Assembly (NCBI GenBank): GCA_017960565.1
Contig: JAGCYY010000004.1
Location: 1 to 62,393, forward strand
Length of the DNA stretch: 62,393 bases
Reading direction: 5' to 3'
From: a bacterium
GTDB taxonomy: Bacteria; Bacillota_I; Bacilli_A; Izemoplasmatales; UBA1188
In this document: positions 39,694 through 50,915 of the stretch, one piece after another
Numbering within the stretch: the stretch's first letter is position 1
Layout of the letters: each line of letters starts with the position of its first letter
Notes under the pieces: model-generated
The model's input: only the letters and a program-made list of their open reading frames with translations
Told to the model about the DNA's origin: nothing
Database searches by the model: none
Made by a program: the position numbers and the translations under genes

Positions 39694-40683
39694 ATGTATA
39701 TTTTAAGTTTTGAATCTTCATGCGATGAAACAAGCGTTTCTGTGACAAAAGATGGCAAATACGTATTATCAAATGAAGTATTATCACAAATAGATATATT
39801 CAAGGAATATGGTGGAGTTGTTCCAGAGATTTCTTCACGTGAACACGTTAAAGGAATCACATATGCCTATTTAAGCGCGCTTAAAAACGCCAATGTCACT
39901 ATGGATGATATCGATTATGTTGCTGTCACTGAAGGCCCAGGTTTGGTCGGTTCTCTTCTTACAGGCATAAATGCTGCAAAAACAGTATCTTTGAACTATG
40001 AAAAACCTCTTGTTGGAGTAAATCACTTATCTGGTCATATTTATGCAGCATTTATTGAACATGATCCAATATTTCCTTCTCTTGCTCTCGTGATATCAGG
40101 TGGACATACGGAACTTGTTGTAATGAAAGATCATTACGATTTCAACAAAATAGGTTCTACTATGGATGATGCTGTTGGTGAAGTGTTTGATAAGGTCGCA
40201 AGAATAATTGGCATTCCATATCCTGGTGGGCCACTACTCGATAAAATTGGTAAGGATGGAACCAATAGATATCCTCTTCCAAGACCAATGCTGCATTCAA
40301 ACAGCTATTCTTTTTCTTTTTCTGGACTTAAAAGTGCAACTCTTAATCTTGTAAATGAATTAGAAAAAAACAATATTAAATATGAAATTAAAGATATCGC
40401 AAGAAGCTTTGAAGAGGCAGTAAGCGAAGTGCTTCTTGAAAAAACATTGAAAGCAATAAAAGAATATAACATCAAAGAAGTAGTTGTTGTCGGTGGAAGT
40501 GCTGCAAATAGTGTTATTCGTGAAACTTTAACTAAAGGAATCAAAAATACTAAAGTCACATTCCCAGAAATGAAATATTGTGGTGATAATGCAGCAATGA
40601 TTGGTATTTCTGCATATTATAAGATTAAAAAAATGGGGGTTGATGATATTTCTCTTACCCCTAAATCAAGATTGGATTTATAA
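39694..40683 (+). CDS. tsaD: tRNA N6-adenosine threonylcarbamoyltransferase
   Basis: ESSCDET, GGVVPE, NHLSGH, SGGHT, DDAVGE.FDK, FSFSGLK, DNAAMI. Start at 39694 (ATG) or 39685 (TTG). Confidence 0.97.
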   Translation: MYILSFESSCDETSVSVTKDGKYVLSNEVLSQIDIFKEYGGVVPEISSREHVKGITYAYLSALKNANVTMDDIDYVAVTEGPGLVGSLLTGINAAKTVSLNYEKPLVGVNHLSGHIYAAFIEHDPIFPSLALVISGGHTELVVMKDHYDFNKIGSTMDDAVGEVFDKVARIIGIPYPGGPLLDKIGKDGTNRYPLPRPMLHSNSYSFSFSGLKSATLNLVNELEKNNIKYEIKDIARSFEEAVSEVLLEKTLKAIKEYNIKEVVVVGGSAANSVIRETLTKGIKNTKVTFPEMKYCGDNAAMIGISAYYKIKKMGVDDISLTPKSRLDL

Positions 40684-40688
40684 ATAAA

Positions 40689-42221
40689 ATGAACGAAAAA
40701 AGGAAAGCATTAAAACTTGTTGCAATTATATCATCTACAGTTTTTATGCTGCTTTTTTTAATTTTTTTATTCACTTATGATTTAACGCCAAAATCAAAAT
40801 ATGAAATCACAGAATCAAAAGAAGAAATCACAAACGAACTTAGAGATTATTTAAATGAAGCTCTTCTAAAGGCATCTATTTTAAATATCCTAAAAATAAA
40901 TATTGATAGTGAGTATGTTGATAAAGCATTCTATCTTCTAGTAAAAGATGATAATGATGATGTCATCTATAGGACAAATAACTATATAATTAAAGGATTT
41001 AATTTTTCCATCAAAAATAATCATATCGATCTAAATCTTTATATTACATACAAGAACTTAATTAAATACGAAAGTAAAGTAAGGATTAGATTAGAATTTA
41101 GTGAATCAGAATCATCTTATTCATTCGCTTTAAAGTCGATAAAAATTGGTGGAATAATCATACCGCCTCTCGTCGTTGAAAGCTTTTTAAACAATAGAGA
41201 ACAAGCATCACTCGGAAATGCTATCACTGGTCTATTAGTCAACATTCCAATAGGAACATATGATAAAGACAGCCTCACATTCACTATTTTAAAAAGTGAA
41301 TTGATAGATGAAATTAAAAAAGGCGCTATCAGCGAAGAATTTTTTAAAGGTAATAAAGCTCTATCATCATCTGCCGCAACGTTCCTTTCTATTCTCTACC
41401 CAAACAAGCTTTTAGATTTAGAACTTGAAGGAGATATAACGCTATTGCTAAATTATTCTAAACTAGTGAATGTTGATAGAAATATCGATAGAATCAGCTA
41501 CACAGATCCTCTAGATTTAAGATATGATATTATATTTAAAGAATTTTTGGGTTATGATTCATTTGAATTATCTAAAAAAGACACAAGAAAAATAATTATG
41601 AGTGAACCATTTAAAGTAGATCCTCTAGATTATAATGGTTTTATAAAATTTGAGAATGTTGATTATAGTTTTAATGGTGATACTTTAACCCTTTCAATAT
41701 TTTATAATGTATTTAACAATACATCGATAAACGACTATATCTTCATTAAAGACAAAGATAGATATAAACTTGATAGAATTTATATCGGAAGAGATGATAA
41801 TGAGAAACAAACTGATTATTTGACTGTAGAATCGACAGAAAATAAACAAAATTTCTTAAATCTCTTAAACGATTTAAATATCACATCCAATCTCATCTCT
41901 TTATCTTTAACGGAAGATTCTATTCTAGCGCCTCTCATGCTTAAAAATATAGATGTGATGAGAGAAGAAAACACATTCACCATATCTTATAATTCAAATC
42001 AAGATATAATAAACACAATAAAAGAAGCAATTCTAAGTGATGATTTCAATTCAACATTGAGTACTGATTTAAAACAAAAATTAAATCTTGAGTCAATTGA
42101 TTATTTATATGAATCTATTGAGAATCTATCAATAGAAAATAAGATATCTTATTTTAATTTTATTAAAATGTATTTCAAAGATGACACTCTAGTGTATAAT
42201 TATATAAATGAAAATTATTAA
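40689..42221 (+). CDS. Hypothetical membrane-anchored protein
   Basis: Single N-terminal hydrophobic helix; no family recognised. Confidence 0.6.
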   Translation: MNEKRKALKLVAIISSTVFMLLFLIFLFTYDLTPKSKYEITESKEEITNELRDYLNEALLKASILNILKINIDSEYVDKAFYLLVKDDNDDVIYRTNNYIIKGFNFSIKNNHIDLNLYITYKNLIKYESKVRIRLEFSESESSYSFALKSIKIGGIIIPPLVVESFLNNREQASLGNAITGLLVNIPIGTYDKDSLTFTILKSELIDEIKKGAISEEFFKGNKALSSSAATFLSILYPNKLLDLELEGDITLLLNYSKLVNVDRNIDRISYTDPLDLRYDIIFKEFLGYDSFELSKKDTRKIIMSEPFKVDPLDYNGFIKFENVDYSFNGDTLTLSIFYNVFNNTSINDYIFIKDKDRYKLDRIYIGRDDNEKQTDYLTVESTENKQNFLNLLNDLNITSNLISLSLTEDSILAPLMLKNIDVMREENTFTISYNSNQDIINTIKEAILSDDFNSTLSTDLKQKLNLESIDYLYESIENLSIENKISYFNFIKMYFKDDTLVYNYINENY

Positions 42222-42236
42222 AAGAAGGTTTTAATT

Positions 42237-43865
42237 ATGATTTCAAACTTTATTAAAACAATAATGGAAGAAGATTTAAATAGTGGAAAGCATAAAGAAA
42301 TAATCACAAGATTCCCTCCTGAACCAAATGCTTATCTCCATATTGGCCATGCTAGAGCGATAGTGACTAATTTTGAACTTGCAAAATGTTTCAATGGAAA
42401 AACAATTTTAAGATTTGATGACACCAACCCAGCAAAAGAAGAAAAACGTTTTATGGATGCGATTAAAAATGATCTTGCTTGGCTTGGATATACTCCATAT
42501 AAAGTGACATTTGGTAGTGATTATTTTGACGATGATTATGTATTTGCACAAAATCTAATCAAAGAAGGAAAAGCTTATGTTGATGATCTTTCCAAAGATG
42601 AGATGAAAGAATATCGTGGTACTCTTGATACTCCAGGTAAGGAATCTCCATATCGAAATCGTTCAATCGAAGAAAATTTAAGATTATTTGAAGAGATGAA
42701 AGAAGGAAAATATGATGAAGGTGAAAAGACTCTAAGAGTAAAGATCGATATGAAGTCTTCAAACCTCAATATGAGAGACCCTGCAATCTATAGAATTATT
42801 AAGAAACCTCATCCACATACTGGTGATAAATGGAATATTTATCCTCTTTATGACTATGCTCATCCACTACAAGACGCAGAAGAATATATAACACATTCTT
42901 TATGTTCTCTTGAATATGTTGAACATAGACCACTTTATGACTGGGTTATTGAGAATACAAAACCAATGTCAATTCCAAGACAGATAGAATTTGGAAGACT
43001 CAATATTGAAGGCACTATCCTTTCAAAAAGATATCTAAAAGAATTAGTAGAAACTAAATTAGTAACCGATTATGATGATCCAAGAATGCCAACACTAGTA
43101 GGATTAAAAAGAAGAGGTTTTACACCAGAATCAATTAAAGAATTTGTTTTATCAACTGGTCTTTCAAGAATCAATTCAGAAATACCTCTAAATGTTTTAG
43201 ATCATTTCTTAATGGAAGATTTAAAACTCAAAAATGTTAGAAGAATGGCTGTATTAAATCCACTAAAAGTTACAATCACAAATTATGATGATGGTAAGAT
43301 CGAATATTTTGATTTCCCAAACAATCTAGAAAATGAGGAACTAGGTTCAAGAAAAATCTCTTTCTCAAAACATCTGTATATTGAAAAAGAAGATTTCACA
43401 GAAATAAAGCCAAACAACAAATATAAAAGATTATCACTTGGTGCTGAAGTAAGGCTTATGGGTGCATACTTCATTAAAGCAAATGAAGTTATCAAAGATG
43501 AAAATGGTGAAGTAATAGAAGTACTATGTACCTACGATAAAGAAACATTAAGTGGTTCCGGTTTTAATGCAAGAAAGCCACAAGGAACTATTCAATATGT
43601 TGATGCATCTACTGCTAAACCTGCAGAATTTAGATTATTTGATAATTTGATAAGAAGTGATGCCACACCTGATATGGAGTTAAAAGACAAATTCAACAAA
43701 GATTCTTTATTGGTTGTGAATGGTTATGTTGAACAAGAATATGATCCAACTCCAGAAGCAAAATCTCAATTAATAAGAAACGGTTATTATTCTAATGACT
43801 ATGATTCTACTAACGACAAAATCATTATCAATAGAACAGTATCTCTAAAACAATCTTTTAAATAA
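42237..43865 (+). CDS. glnS: Glutamine--tRNA ligase
   Basis: TRFPPEPNAYLHIGH, RFDDTNP, THSLCSLEY, RQIEFGRLN, LSKR, DDPRMPT. Confidence 0.93.
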   Translation: MISNFIKTIMEEDLNSGKHKEIITRFPPEPNAYLHIGHARAIVTNFELAKCFNGKTILRFDDTNPAKEEKRFMDAIKNDLAWLGYTPYKVTFGSDYFDDDYVFAQNLIKEGKAYVDDLSKDEMKEYRGTLDTPGKESPYRNRSIEENLRLFEEMKEGKYDEGEKTLRVKIDMKSSNLNMRDPAIYRIIKKPHPHTGDKWNIYPLYDYAHPLQDAEEYITHSLCSLEYVEHRPLYDWVIENTKPMSIPRQIEFGRLNIEGTILSKRYLKELVETKLVTDYDDPRMPTLVGLKRRGFTPESIKEFVLSTGLSRINSEIPLNVLDHFLMEDLKLKNVRRMAVLNPLKVTITNYDDGKIEYFDFPNNLENEELGSRKISFSKHLYIEKEDFTEIKPNNKYKRLSLGAEVRLMGAYFIKANEVIKDENGEVIEVLCTYDKETLSGSGFNARKPQGTIQYVDASTAKPAEFRLFDNLIRSDATPDMELKDKFNKDSLLVVNGYVEQEYDPTPEAKSQLIRNGYYSNDYDSTNDKIIINRTVSLKQSFK

Positions 43866-43873
43866 ACGCTGAT

Positions 43874-43916
43874 ATAGACTACTTAGATATAAAACAAATA
43901 AGTAGTCTATTTTCTT
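43874..43916 (+). terminator. Terminator after glnS
   Basis: ATAGACTACTTA...TAAGTAGTCTAT, 12 bp stem followed by T-rich tail. Confidence 0.7.
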
Positions 43917-43935
43917 ATAATTATATCTCTTTTTG

Positions 43936-43951
43936 TGATATAATTATTATA
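43936..43951 (+). promoter_or_regulatory. Extended -10 promoter giving a probable leaderless pcrA transcript
   Basis: TG-A-TATAAT (43936-43944), then 6 nt to ATG 43951; no SD. Confidence 0.6.
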
Positions 43952-46068
43952 TGAAAGAATATCTACAAAAGCTCAATTCTAAACAACTTATGGCATGCAA
44001 GGACACAGTAGGTCCTTCTTTAATTATTGCTGGAGCTGGAAGCGGCAAAACTAGAGTTTTAACCACAAGAATCGCCTACCTTATCGATGAATGCAAAGTA
44101 AGCCCTTCAAATATTCTTGCCATAACTTTCACAAACAAAGCTGCTAAAGAAATGAACGATAGAATAAAAGTTCTTTTAAATGATGACAGGGCAAATTATG
44201 TTACTTGTAAGACATTCCACTCATTTTGTTCATGGTTTTTAAGAAGAGAAATCGCTATCATTCCAAATCGAAAAAGTGATTTTCAAATCATCGATGATGA
44301 TGAATCAGAAGCATTAATCAAAGAATCACAATTAGAACTTGGCATTGATCCTAAAACATTTAAACCAAAAATGTTTCAAGATGCTATTTCGATGATTAAA
44401 TCTAGAATATCTAAACTAGAAGATTTTAATAGTATTTTTATTGATAAATTAGATAAAGTGATGGAATTATATAATTCTCTACTCATCAAACAAAATCTTC
44501 TCGATTTCGATGACTTGAATCTAATCACAATAGAAATTTTTGAAAGATATCCTGAAATATTAGAAAAATATCAAGATCGCTTTAAATATATTCTCGTCGA
44601 CGAATTTCAAGATTCATCGAACATTCAATATGATCTCGTATCTCTTCTTGGATGCAAATACAAGAATGTTTTTATTGTCGGTGATGAAGATCAATCAATT
44701 TATTCATTCCGTGGTGCAAACATTAAAAACATCCGTAAATTCATGCGTGATTTTGATGGCTATAACGAACATATATTAGATCAAAATTATCGTTCTACTA
44801 AAAATATCCTCGATTGTGCAAATAAGCTAATAAAATCCAACAAAGATAGGATTGAAAAAAATCTTTGGACTGAAAATCCTAAAGGTGATGATGTGAGTTT
44901 GTTTGAATATGATAGTGATAAAGCTGAAGCTAGAGGAGTTATTGATGAAATAATTAAAAATATCAATAGTGGTAAATATAAATATAGCGATTATGCAATC
45001 CTCTATAGAAATAACTTCCTTTCACGTAACTTTGAAAATGAATTGATAGGAAGAGGTGTTCCATACAAAGTCTATAGCGGTCTTTCATTCTATAAGAGAA
45101 TGGAAGTTAAAGATATGCTCGGTTATTTAAGACTCATCATCAACAAAGATGATTTTTATTCTTTCAAAAGAGTAATAAATTCACCAAGAAGAGGTATTGG
45201 AAACACCACAATCAAAAAACTTGAAAAAATCTATGATGAAGTAAAAAACCTCGACCAAGCAATTAAAAACGCAGAAATTCATTCAACAACTCGTGAAACA
45301 TTAAAATCATTTATGCTGATGATTGATATATTAAATGAAAAACTTGAAAAGCTCACTATCAACGATTTTTTCAAAGAAGTCTATGAAAAGACTGGATATC
45401 AAAAATATTTAAATGAAATTGAAGATGAAGACGAGAAAAAATCGAGGATTGAAAACGTTCAAGAACTATTAAATGCCCTACAAGAAATAGAATCACTCGA
45501 AAGCAATAAAGAAACTTTATCAGAATTCTTACAGAGTGTTTCACTTCTTTCTGATTTAGATTTAGAATCTAAAGATGTAGATCATGTAGCTTTAATCACT
45601 ATGCACAGTTCAAAAGGGCTTGAATATAAAAATGTTTTCGCAGTTGGTTTAGAAGATGAAATAACTCCAGCTTCTCATTTCAGCGATAAAAAAGAATTAG
45701 AAGAAGAAAGAAGATTATTATATGTTTGTTTCACTCGAGCAATGGAACATCTCTATATCTCATTTGCGGCATCTAGATATAGATTTGGATCGATGACAAA
45801 TGCAAGAATGTCTAGGTTCTTGAGAGAATTAGATCTTGAAATTAAAACAGAAAAGAATCGAGAAAACAGAAGTTTTTATACAAAAGATAAAGAACCAATC
45901 AAAGCGATAGTTGGCGATATAAAACCTAATGAGCGAGTATTTCATGAAATGTATAAAGAAGGTACAGTACTCGGACAAGTAGAAGGTTTCTATATCATTA
46001 AATTTGATAATTCAGCATCACCAAAAAAGGTTATAGTAAATCATCCATTCTTAAAAAGATTAGATTAG
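43951..46068 (+). CDS. pcrA: ATP-dependent DNA helicase PcrA/UvrD
   Basis: AGAGSGKT, TFTNKAA, DEFQD, VGDEDQSIYSFRGA, QNYRS, SKGLE, EERRL.YV..TRA. Confidence 0.95.
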   Translation: MKEYLQKLNSKQLMACKDTVGPSLIIAGAGSGKTRVLTTRIAYLIDECKVSPSNILAITFTNKAAKEMNDRIKVLLNDDRANYVTCKTFHSFCSWFLRREIAIIPNRKSDFQIIDDDESEALIKESQLELGIDPKTFKPKMFQDAISMIKSRISKLEDFNSIFIDKLDKVMELYNSLLIKQNLLDFDDLNLITIEIFERYPEILEKYQDRFKYILVDEFQDSSNIQYDLVSLLGCKYKNVFIVGDEDQSIYSFRGANIKNIRKFMRDFDGYNEHILDQNYRSTKNILDCANKLIKSNKDRIEKNLWTENPKGDDVSLFEYDSDKAEARGVIDEIIKNINSGKYKYSDYAILYRNNFLSRNFENELIGRGVPYKVYSGLSFYKRMEVKDMLGYLRLIINKDDFYSFKRVINSPRRGIGNTTIKKLEKIYDEVKNLDQAIKNAEIHSTTRETLKSFMLMIDILNEKLEKLTINDFFKEVYEKTGYQKYLNEIEDEDEKKSRIENVQELLNALQEIESLESNKETLSEFLQSVSLLSDLDLESKDVDHVALITMHSSKGLEYKNVFAVGLEDEITPASHFSDKKELEEERRLLYVCFTRAMEHLYISFAASRYRFGSMTNARMSRFLRELDLEIKTEKNRENRSFYTKDKEPIKAIVGDIKPNERVFHEMYKEGTVLGQVEGFYIIKFDNSASPKKVIVNHPFLKRLD

Positions 46069-46086
46069 CCCTTAGGAGGAAACAAG

Positions 46087-48075
46087 ATGGATACAATAAA
46101 AAGAATTGAAGAATTAAAATCTTTAATAAATAAAGCAAATTATGAATATTATACCCTCGATAATCCAACTATATCAGATTATGAATATGATATGGCTATG
46201 GCGGAATTAATAAAGCTAGAAAATGAATATCCATCACTTAAAACCGCTGATTCTCCTACAAACAGAATCGGTGGTGAAGTATTAGATAAATTTAAAAAAG
46301 TAACTCATACTAAAGAGATGAAGTCACTTGCTGACCTTTTTAGTTATGAAGAAATCATATCTTATATTGATACTATCGCTAAGACAACTAATTCTATCGA
46401 TTATTCAATGGAACTTAAAATCGATGGACTTGCAGTATCTTTAATCTATAAAGATGGTTTTTTAATAGAAGCATCTACACGTGGCGATGGAATAGTAGGC
46501 GAAGATATCACCAACAATGCTAAAACTATTTCATCAATACCTCTTTCTTTAAGTGAAAAGATAGATATTGAAGTTAGGGGTGAAATATATCTTTCAAAAT
46601 CTAGATTTGAAAAAATAAATAAAGAACGTGAACTTGCACACGAAGAACTTTTTAAAAATGAAAGAAACTGTGCGGCAGGTACTATGCGTCAATTAGATCC
46701 TGAAATTGTAAGAAAAAGAGGTCTAGATACCTTCATTTATTATATTGTTGATCCGGAAAAATATGACTTAAAAACACAGTCAGATGCTTTAAGATATCTT
46801 AAAAAACTTGGTTTTAATGTCAATTCAGAATCAAGAAGCGTTCATTCCAAAGAAGAGTTATTAGAATATATTTCTGATATTGATGAAAAGAGATTTGATT
46901 ATAATTATCCAATAGATGGTGTTGTTTTAAAATATGAATATTTTGATATGTATTCAAGAATTGGAGAAACAGTAAAAAATCCCAAATGGGCTATTGCCTA
47001 TAAATTTGCCCCACTAGAAGTTAAAACAAAGATCGAATCAATCGAATTTCAAGTGGGTAGAAGTGGCGTTATTACACCAGTTGCGATTTTATCTCCTGTC
47101 CTAATAAGTGGTTCGCTTGTTTCAAGAGCTACACTTAATAACGAAGACTATATTCTCGATAAAGATATAAGAGTAGGAGACTATGTCTTTGTTAGAAAAG
47201 CTGCTGAAATAATCCCTGAAGTTGTATCGGTAATAAAAGAAGAAAGAAGCAAATATTTAAAGCCATTTTCAATGATTGAAAGATGTCCTAAATGTGGTGA
47301 ACCTCTCTTAAGAAAAATTACTGAAGCTGATTATTACTGTTTAAATAAAGATTGTCCTGCAAGAGTCATTGAAAGTATCATTCATTTCGCAAGCAGAGAC
47401 TGTTATGACATCACTGGACTCGGCGATAAAATTTCTGAATTTTTATATAATGAAGGATTTGTCTATAGAATAAGTGATATTTTCAATTTAAAAGAATATG
47501 CTCAAACACTTCTAACTAAAGAAGGTTTTAAAGAAAGAAAAGTCTTCTCTCTTTTAGATGCTATAGAGAAATCTAAAGAAAACAATCTTGATAGATTAAT
47601 ATTTGGGCTTGGAATTAGAAATGTCGGCAAAAAAGTCGCAAGAATTCTCTGTGAAAAATATCCATCGATGGATGCTTTAATAAGTGCAGATGAAGAAGAT
47701 ATTTCTAGGATACCAGATATTGGTCCAATCATCGCAAAATCAGTAAAAGACTATTTTAATGATGAAAGAAACATAGAAATGATTGACATACTTAAAGAAA
47801 ATGGCTTAAATATGATTTATACTTCTTCTAAAAAAGAAGAAGAAACTATCTTCACAGGTAAAACTGTGGTCTTAACTGGAAGCTTAACTAGTTTTACACG
47901 TGAAGAAGCATCACAAATTATTGAAAATATGGGTGGTAAGACATCATCTTCAGTATCAAAAAAGACTGATTATGTTTTAAAAGGAGATCAAGCTGGAAGT
48001 AAACTTACGAAAGCTGAAAATCTAGGTATTAGAATTATCACTGAGGATGAATTTAAAGAGATGATTGAGAGTTAA
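46087..48075 (+). CDS. ligA: NAD-dependent DNA ligase
   Basis: ELKIDG, TRGDG, EVRGE, DGVV, C4 Zn finger, HhH, BRCT. Confidence 0.97.
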   Translation: MDTIKRIEELKSLINKANYEYYTLDNPTISDYEYDMAMAELIKLENEYPSLKTADSPTNRIGGEVLDKFKKVTHTKEMKSLADLFSYEEIISYIDTIAKTTNSIDYSMELKIDGLAVSLIYKDGFLIEASTRGDGIVGEDITNNAKTISSIPLSLSEKIDIEVRGEIYLSKSRFEKINKERELAHEELFKNERNCAAGTMRQLDPEIVRKRGLDTFIYYIVDPEKYDLKTQSDALRYLKKLGFNVNSESRSVHSKEELLEYISDIDEKRFDYNYPIDGVVLKYEYFDMYSRIGETVKNPKWAIAYKFAPLEVKTKIESIEFQVGRSGVITPVAILSPVLISGSLVSRATLNNEDYILDKDIRVGDYVFVRKAAEIIPEVVSVIKEERSKYLKPFSMIERCPKCGEPLLRKITEADYYCLNKDCPARVIESIIHFASRDCYDITGLGDKISEFLYNEGFVYRISDIFNLKEYAQTLLTKEGFKERKVFSLLDAIEKSKENNLDRLIFGLGIRNVGKKVARILCEKYPSMDALISADEEDISRIPDIGPIIAKSVKDYFNDERNIEMIDILKENGLNMIYTSSKKEEETIFTGKTVVLTGSLTSFTREEASQIIENMGGKTSSSVSKKTDYVLKGDQAGSKLTKAENLGIRIITEDEFKEMIES

Positions 48076-48077
48076 AT

Positions 48078-50897
48078 ATGGATTTTATTACAGTTAAAGG
48101 TGCAAGAGAAAACAATCTTAAAAATGTTGATTGTAAATTCCCTAAAGATAAATTAATAGTTCTTACAGGCGTTTCTGGTTCTGGAAAAACCTCTTTTGCC
48201 TTTGATACTATCTATAGAGAAGGTCAAAGAAGATATCTAGATTCTCTCTCATCATATGCAAGACAATTTATAGGCGATATGGGCAAACCTGACTGCGATA
48301 GTGTAGAAGGGCTATCTCCATCTATATCAATAGATCAAAAGAGTGGTTCTAAAAATCCTCGCTCAACAGTCGGCACAGTCACAGAAATAGCTGATTATTT
48401 AAGACTATTATTCGCAAGAATTGGTAAACCATTTTGTCCAAACCATAAAATCCCGATCGTTCCTTTATCTATCGATGAAATAATTGAAAAAACCTTAAAG
48501 TACGAAGGCAAAAAGGCGATGATTCTCTCTCCTATTGTAAGAGGAGAAAAAGGAACTCACGAAAATACACTAGAACACCTAAGACATGAGGGCTATTCAA
48601 GAGTATTTGTCGATGGAGTTCAACAGTCGCTTGATGACTCTATCACTCTTAAAAAGACTGTTAAGCACACAATAGAAGTCGTTGTAGATAGACTTGTGAT
48701 CGATATGGAAGATAGAAATAGATTAGTAGATTCTTATGAACTAGCATTAAATCTTTCTGATGGTCTTGTGATATTGAAATTAGATGATGAAGATGTAACT
48801 TTTTCAACTAAACATTCATGCCCTATTTGTGGCTTCACAATTCCTGATTTAGATCCAAAACTATTCTCTTTCAATTCCCCAGTAGGTGCATGCCCTGAAT
48901 GTGGAGGAATAGGATTTAAACGTCATATTGATCCAGATCTCTTGATTCCTGAACAGAATCTTTCTGTCAAAGATGGTGCTTTAAGAAAATGGGCAAAAGA
49001 AGATACAATGTCTATGATATCTCTTCTTTCATTTATGGAAGCCAACAACATTCCAAATGATATACCATTTAGTGAATACTCTAAGGAGCAAAGAGACTTA
49101 ATCTTATATGGTTCAAAGAATCCATATAGTTACACATATAAATCAAAATCTACTGCATCTGTATATAAGATTGCATCATCAACTTTCGAAGGAGTTGTAG
49201 GAAACTTAGAAAGAAGATATATCGAGACAGAATCAAGATTTATTCGCGAATGGCTCGAACAATATATGATAGATGATATCTGTCCTAAATGTCATGGCAA
49301 AAGATTAAATGATGCTAGTTTATCTGTCTTGATTGATGGCTATAATATTGATGATTTATCGCAGATGTCTGTCGATAATCTTAAAGAGACAATAAAATCT
49401 CTAAAGCTAACAGAAAGGGATAAAAAAATCGCAAGAATGGTCTTAAATGAAATCATTGTTCGCTTAGAATTCTTATCTAATGTTGGCCTTGGATATCTAA
49501 CACTTATGAGAGCTAGTAGAACATTGTCAGGTGGTGAAGCACAACGTATAAGGCTCGCAACACAAATAGGTTCTAAACTTACTGGTATAGTCTATGTTCT
49601 CGATGAACCATCGATAGGTCTTCATCAAAAAGACAATCAAAAGCTGATAGGTGCATTAAAAGAAATGCGTGATTTAGGAAACACATTGCTTGTTGTTGAA
49701 CACGATATTGAGACAATCAAAAACGCTGATTATATTTTAGATTTTGGGCCAAATGCTGGTGTTCATGGTGGTGAAATAGTCTTTAGTGGCACCTTAGATG
49801 ATATGATAAAAACATCTAACACTCTAACCGCAAAATATTTAAGAGGTGATTTAAAAATTGATGCTAGATTAAACCCTCTTGCACCAAATAGAGGCTTTAT
49901 AGAACTAAAAGGCGCAAGATGTCATAATCTTAAAAACATCGATGTTAAATTTCCAATTGGTCTTGTGACATATGTGACTGGTGTATCCGGTTCTGGAAAG
50001 AGTTCACTTGTCAACGATTGTCTTGCGAAAGGTATCGCAAGACTCGTCACAAAAAGAAAAGTAGTTCCTGGTGAATTTGATACTTTAACTCCAAATACCA
50101 TTGAAAAACTTGTCATCGTTGACCAAACACCAATCGGTAGAACTCCTAGATCAAATCCTGCTACATATATCGGTGTATTTGATGAAATAAGAGCCTTATT
50201 TAGTGAAACCTTAGAAGCTAAATCAAGAGGATATGATAAATCACGATTTAGTTTCAATGTATATGGTGGAAGATGTGAAGCATGTTCTGGAGACGGTGTA
50301 ACTAGAATTGAAATGAACTTTCTTCCAGATGTCTATGTTGAATGTCCTGTCTGTCATGGTAAAAAATATAACCAAGACACTCTTGAAATTAAATTTAAAG
50401 GCAAATCAATCGCAGATGTTTTAGATTTAACTGTTGATGAAGCTCTTGATTTCTTCAAAAATCAGCCTAAAATATATAGACAATTAAAGACAATGAGTGA
50501 AGTAGGTCTTGGTTATGTTAAACTCGGTCAAAATTCTGTAACACTTTCTGGTGGTGAAGCACAACGTATTAAACTCGCATACGAACTAAATCGTCAGATT
50601 TCACCAAATTCTTTATATATTCTCGATGAACCTTCGACTGGCCTTCATCAAGATGATGTTAAAAAATTATTAGATTGTTTCGAAAAGATGCGTGAAGCAG
50701 GCGCTACTATTGTCATCATCGAACATAATCTCGATATGATTAAAACTGCTGATTATATAATCGACCTTGGTCCTACTGGCGGTGATGAAGGTGGTTATAT
50801 TATCGCAACTGGAACACCAAATGAGTTAAAAGAAAATAAAAATTCTGATACAGGCAAGTTTTTAAAAGACATGCTTGACTTTGGTATCAATTATTAA
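48078..50897 (+). CDS. uvrA: Excinuclease ABC subunit A
   Basis: GARENNLK, two GVSGSGK(T/S), two LSGGEAQRI.LA, Zn fingers. Confidence 0.97.
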   Translation: MDFITVKGARENNLKNVDCKFPKDKLIVLTGVSGSGKTSFAFDTIYREGQRRYLDSLSSYARQFIGDMGKPDCDSVEGLSPSISIDQKSGSKNPRSTVGTVTEIADYLRLLFARIGKPFCPNHKIPIVPLSIDEIIEKTLKYEGKKAMILSPIVRGEKGTHENTLEHLRHEGYSRVFVDGVQQSLDDSITLKKTVKHTIEVVVDRLVIDMEDRNRLVDSYELALNLSDGLVILKLDDEDVTFSTKHSCPICGFTIPDLDPKLFSFNSPVGACPECGGIGFKRHIDPDLLIPEQNLSVKDGALRKWAKEDTMSMISLLSFMEANNIPNDIPFSEYSKEQRDLILYGSKNPYSYTYKSKSTASVYKIASSTFEGVVGNLERRYIETESRFIREWLEQYMIDDICPKCHGKRLNDASLSVLIDGYNIDDLSQMSVDNLKETIKSLKLTERDKKIARMVLNEIIVRLEFLSNVGLGYLTLMRASRTLSGGEAQRIRLATQIGSKLTGIVYVLDEPSIGLHQKDNQKLIGALKEMRDLGNTLLVVEHDIETIKNADYILDFGPNAGVHGGEIVFSGTLDDMIKTSNTLTAKYLRGDLKIDARLNPLAPNRGFIELKGARCHNLKNIDVKFPIGLVTYVTGVSGSGKSSLVNDCLAKGIARLVTKRKVVPGEFDTLTPNTIEKLVIVDQTPIGRTPRSNPATYIGVFDEIRALFSETLEAKSRGYDKSRFSFNVYGGRCEACSGDGVTRIEMNFLPDVYVECPVCHGKKYNQDTLEIKFKGKSIADVLDLTVDEALDFFKNQPKIYRQLKTMSEVGLGYVKLGQNSVTLSGGEAQRIKLAYELNRQISPNSLYILDEPSTGLHQDDVKKLLDCFEKMREAGATIVIIEHNLDMIKTADYIIDLGPTGGDEGGYIIATGTPNELKENKNSDTGKFLKDMLDFGINY

Positions 50898-50915
50898 TAA
50901 AGGAGGAAAAGAGTA

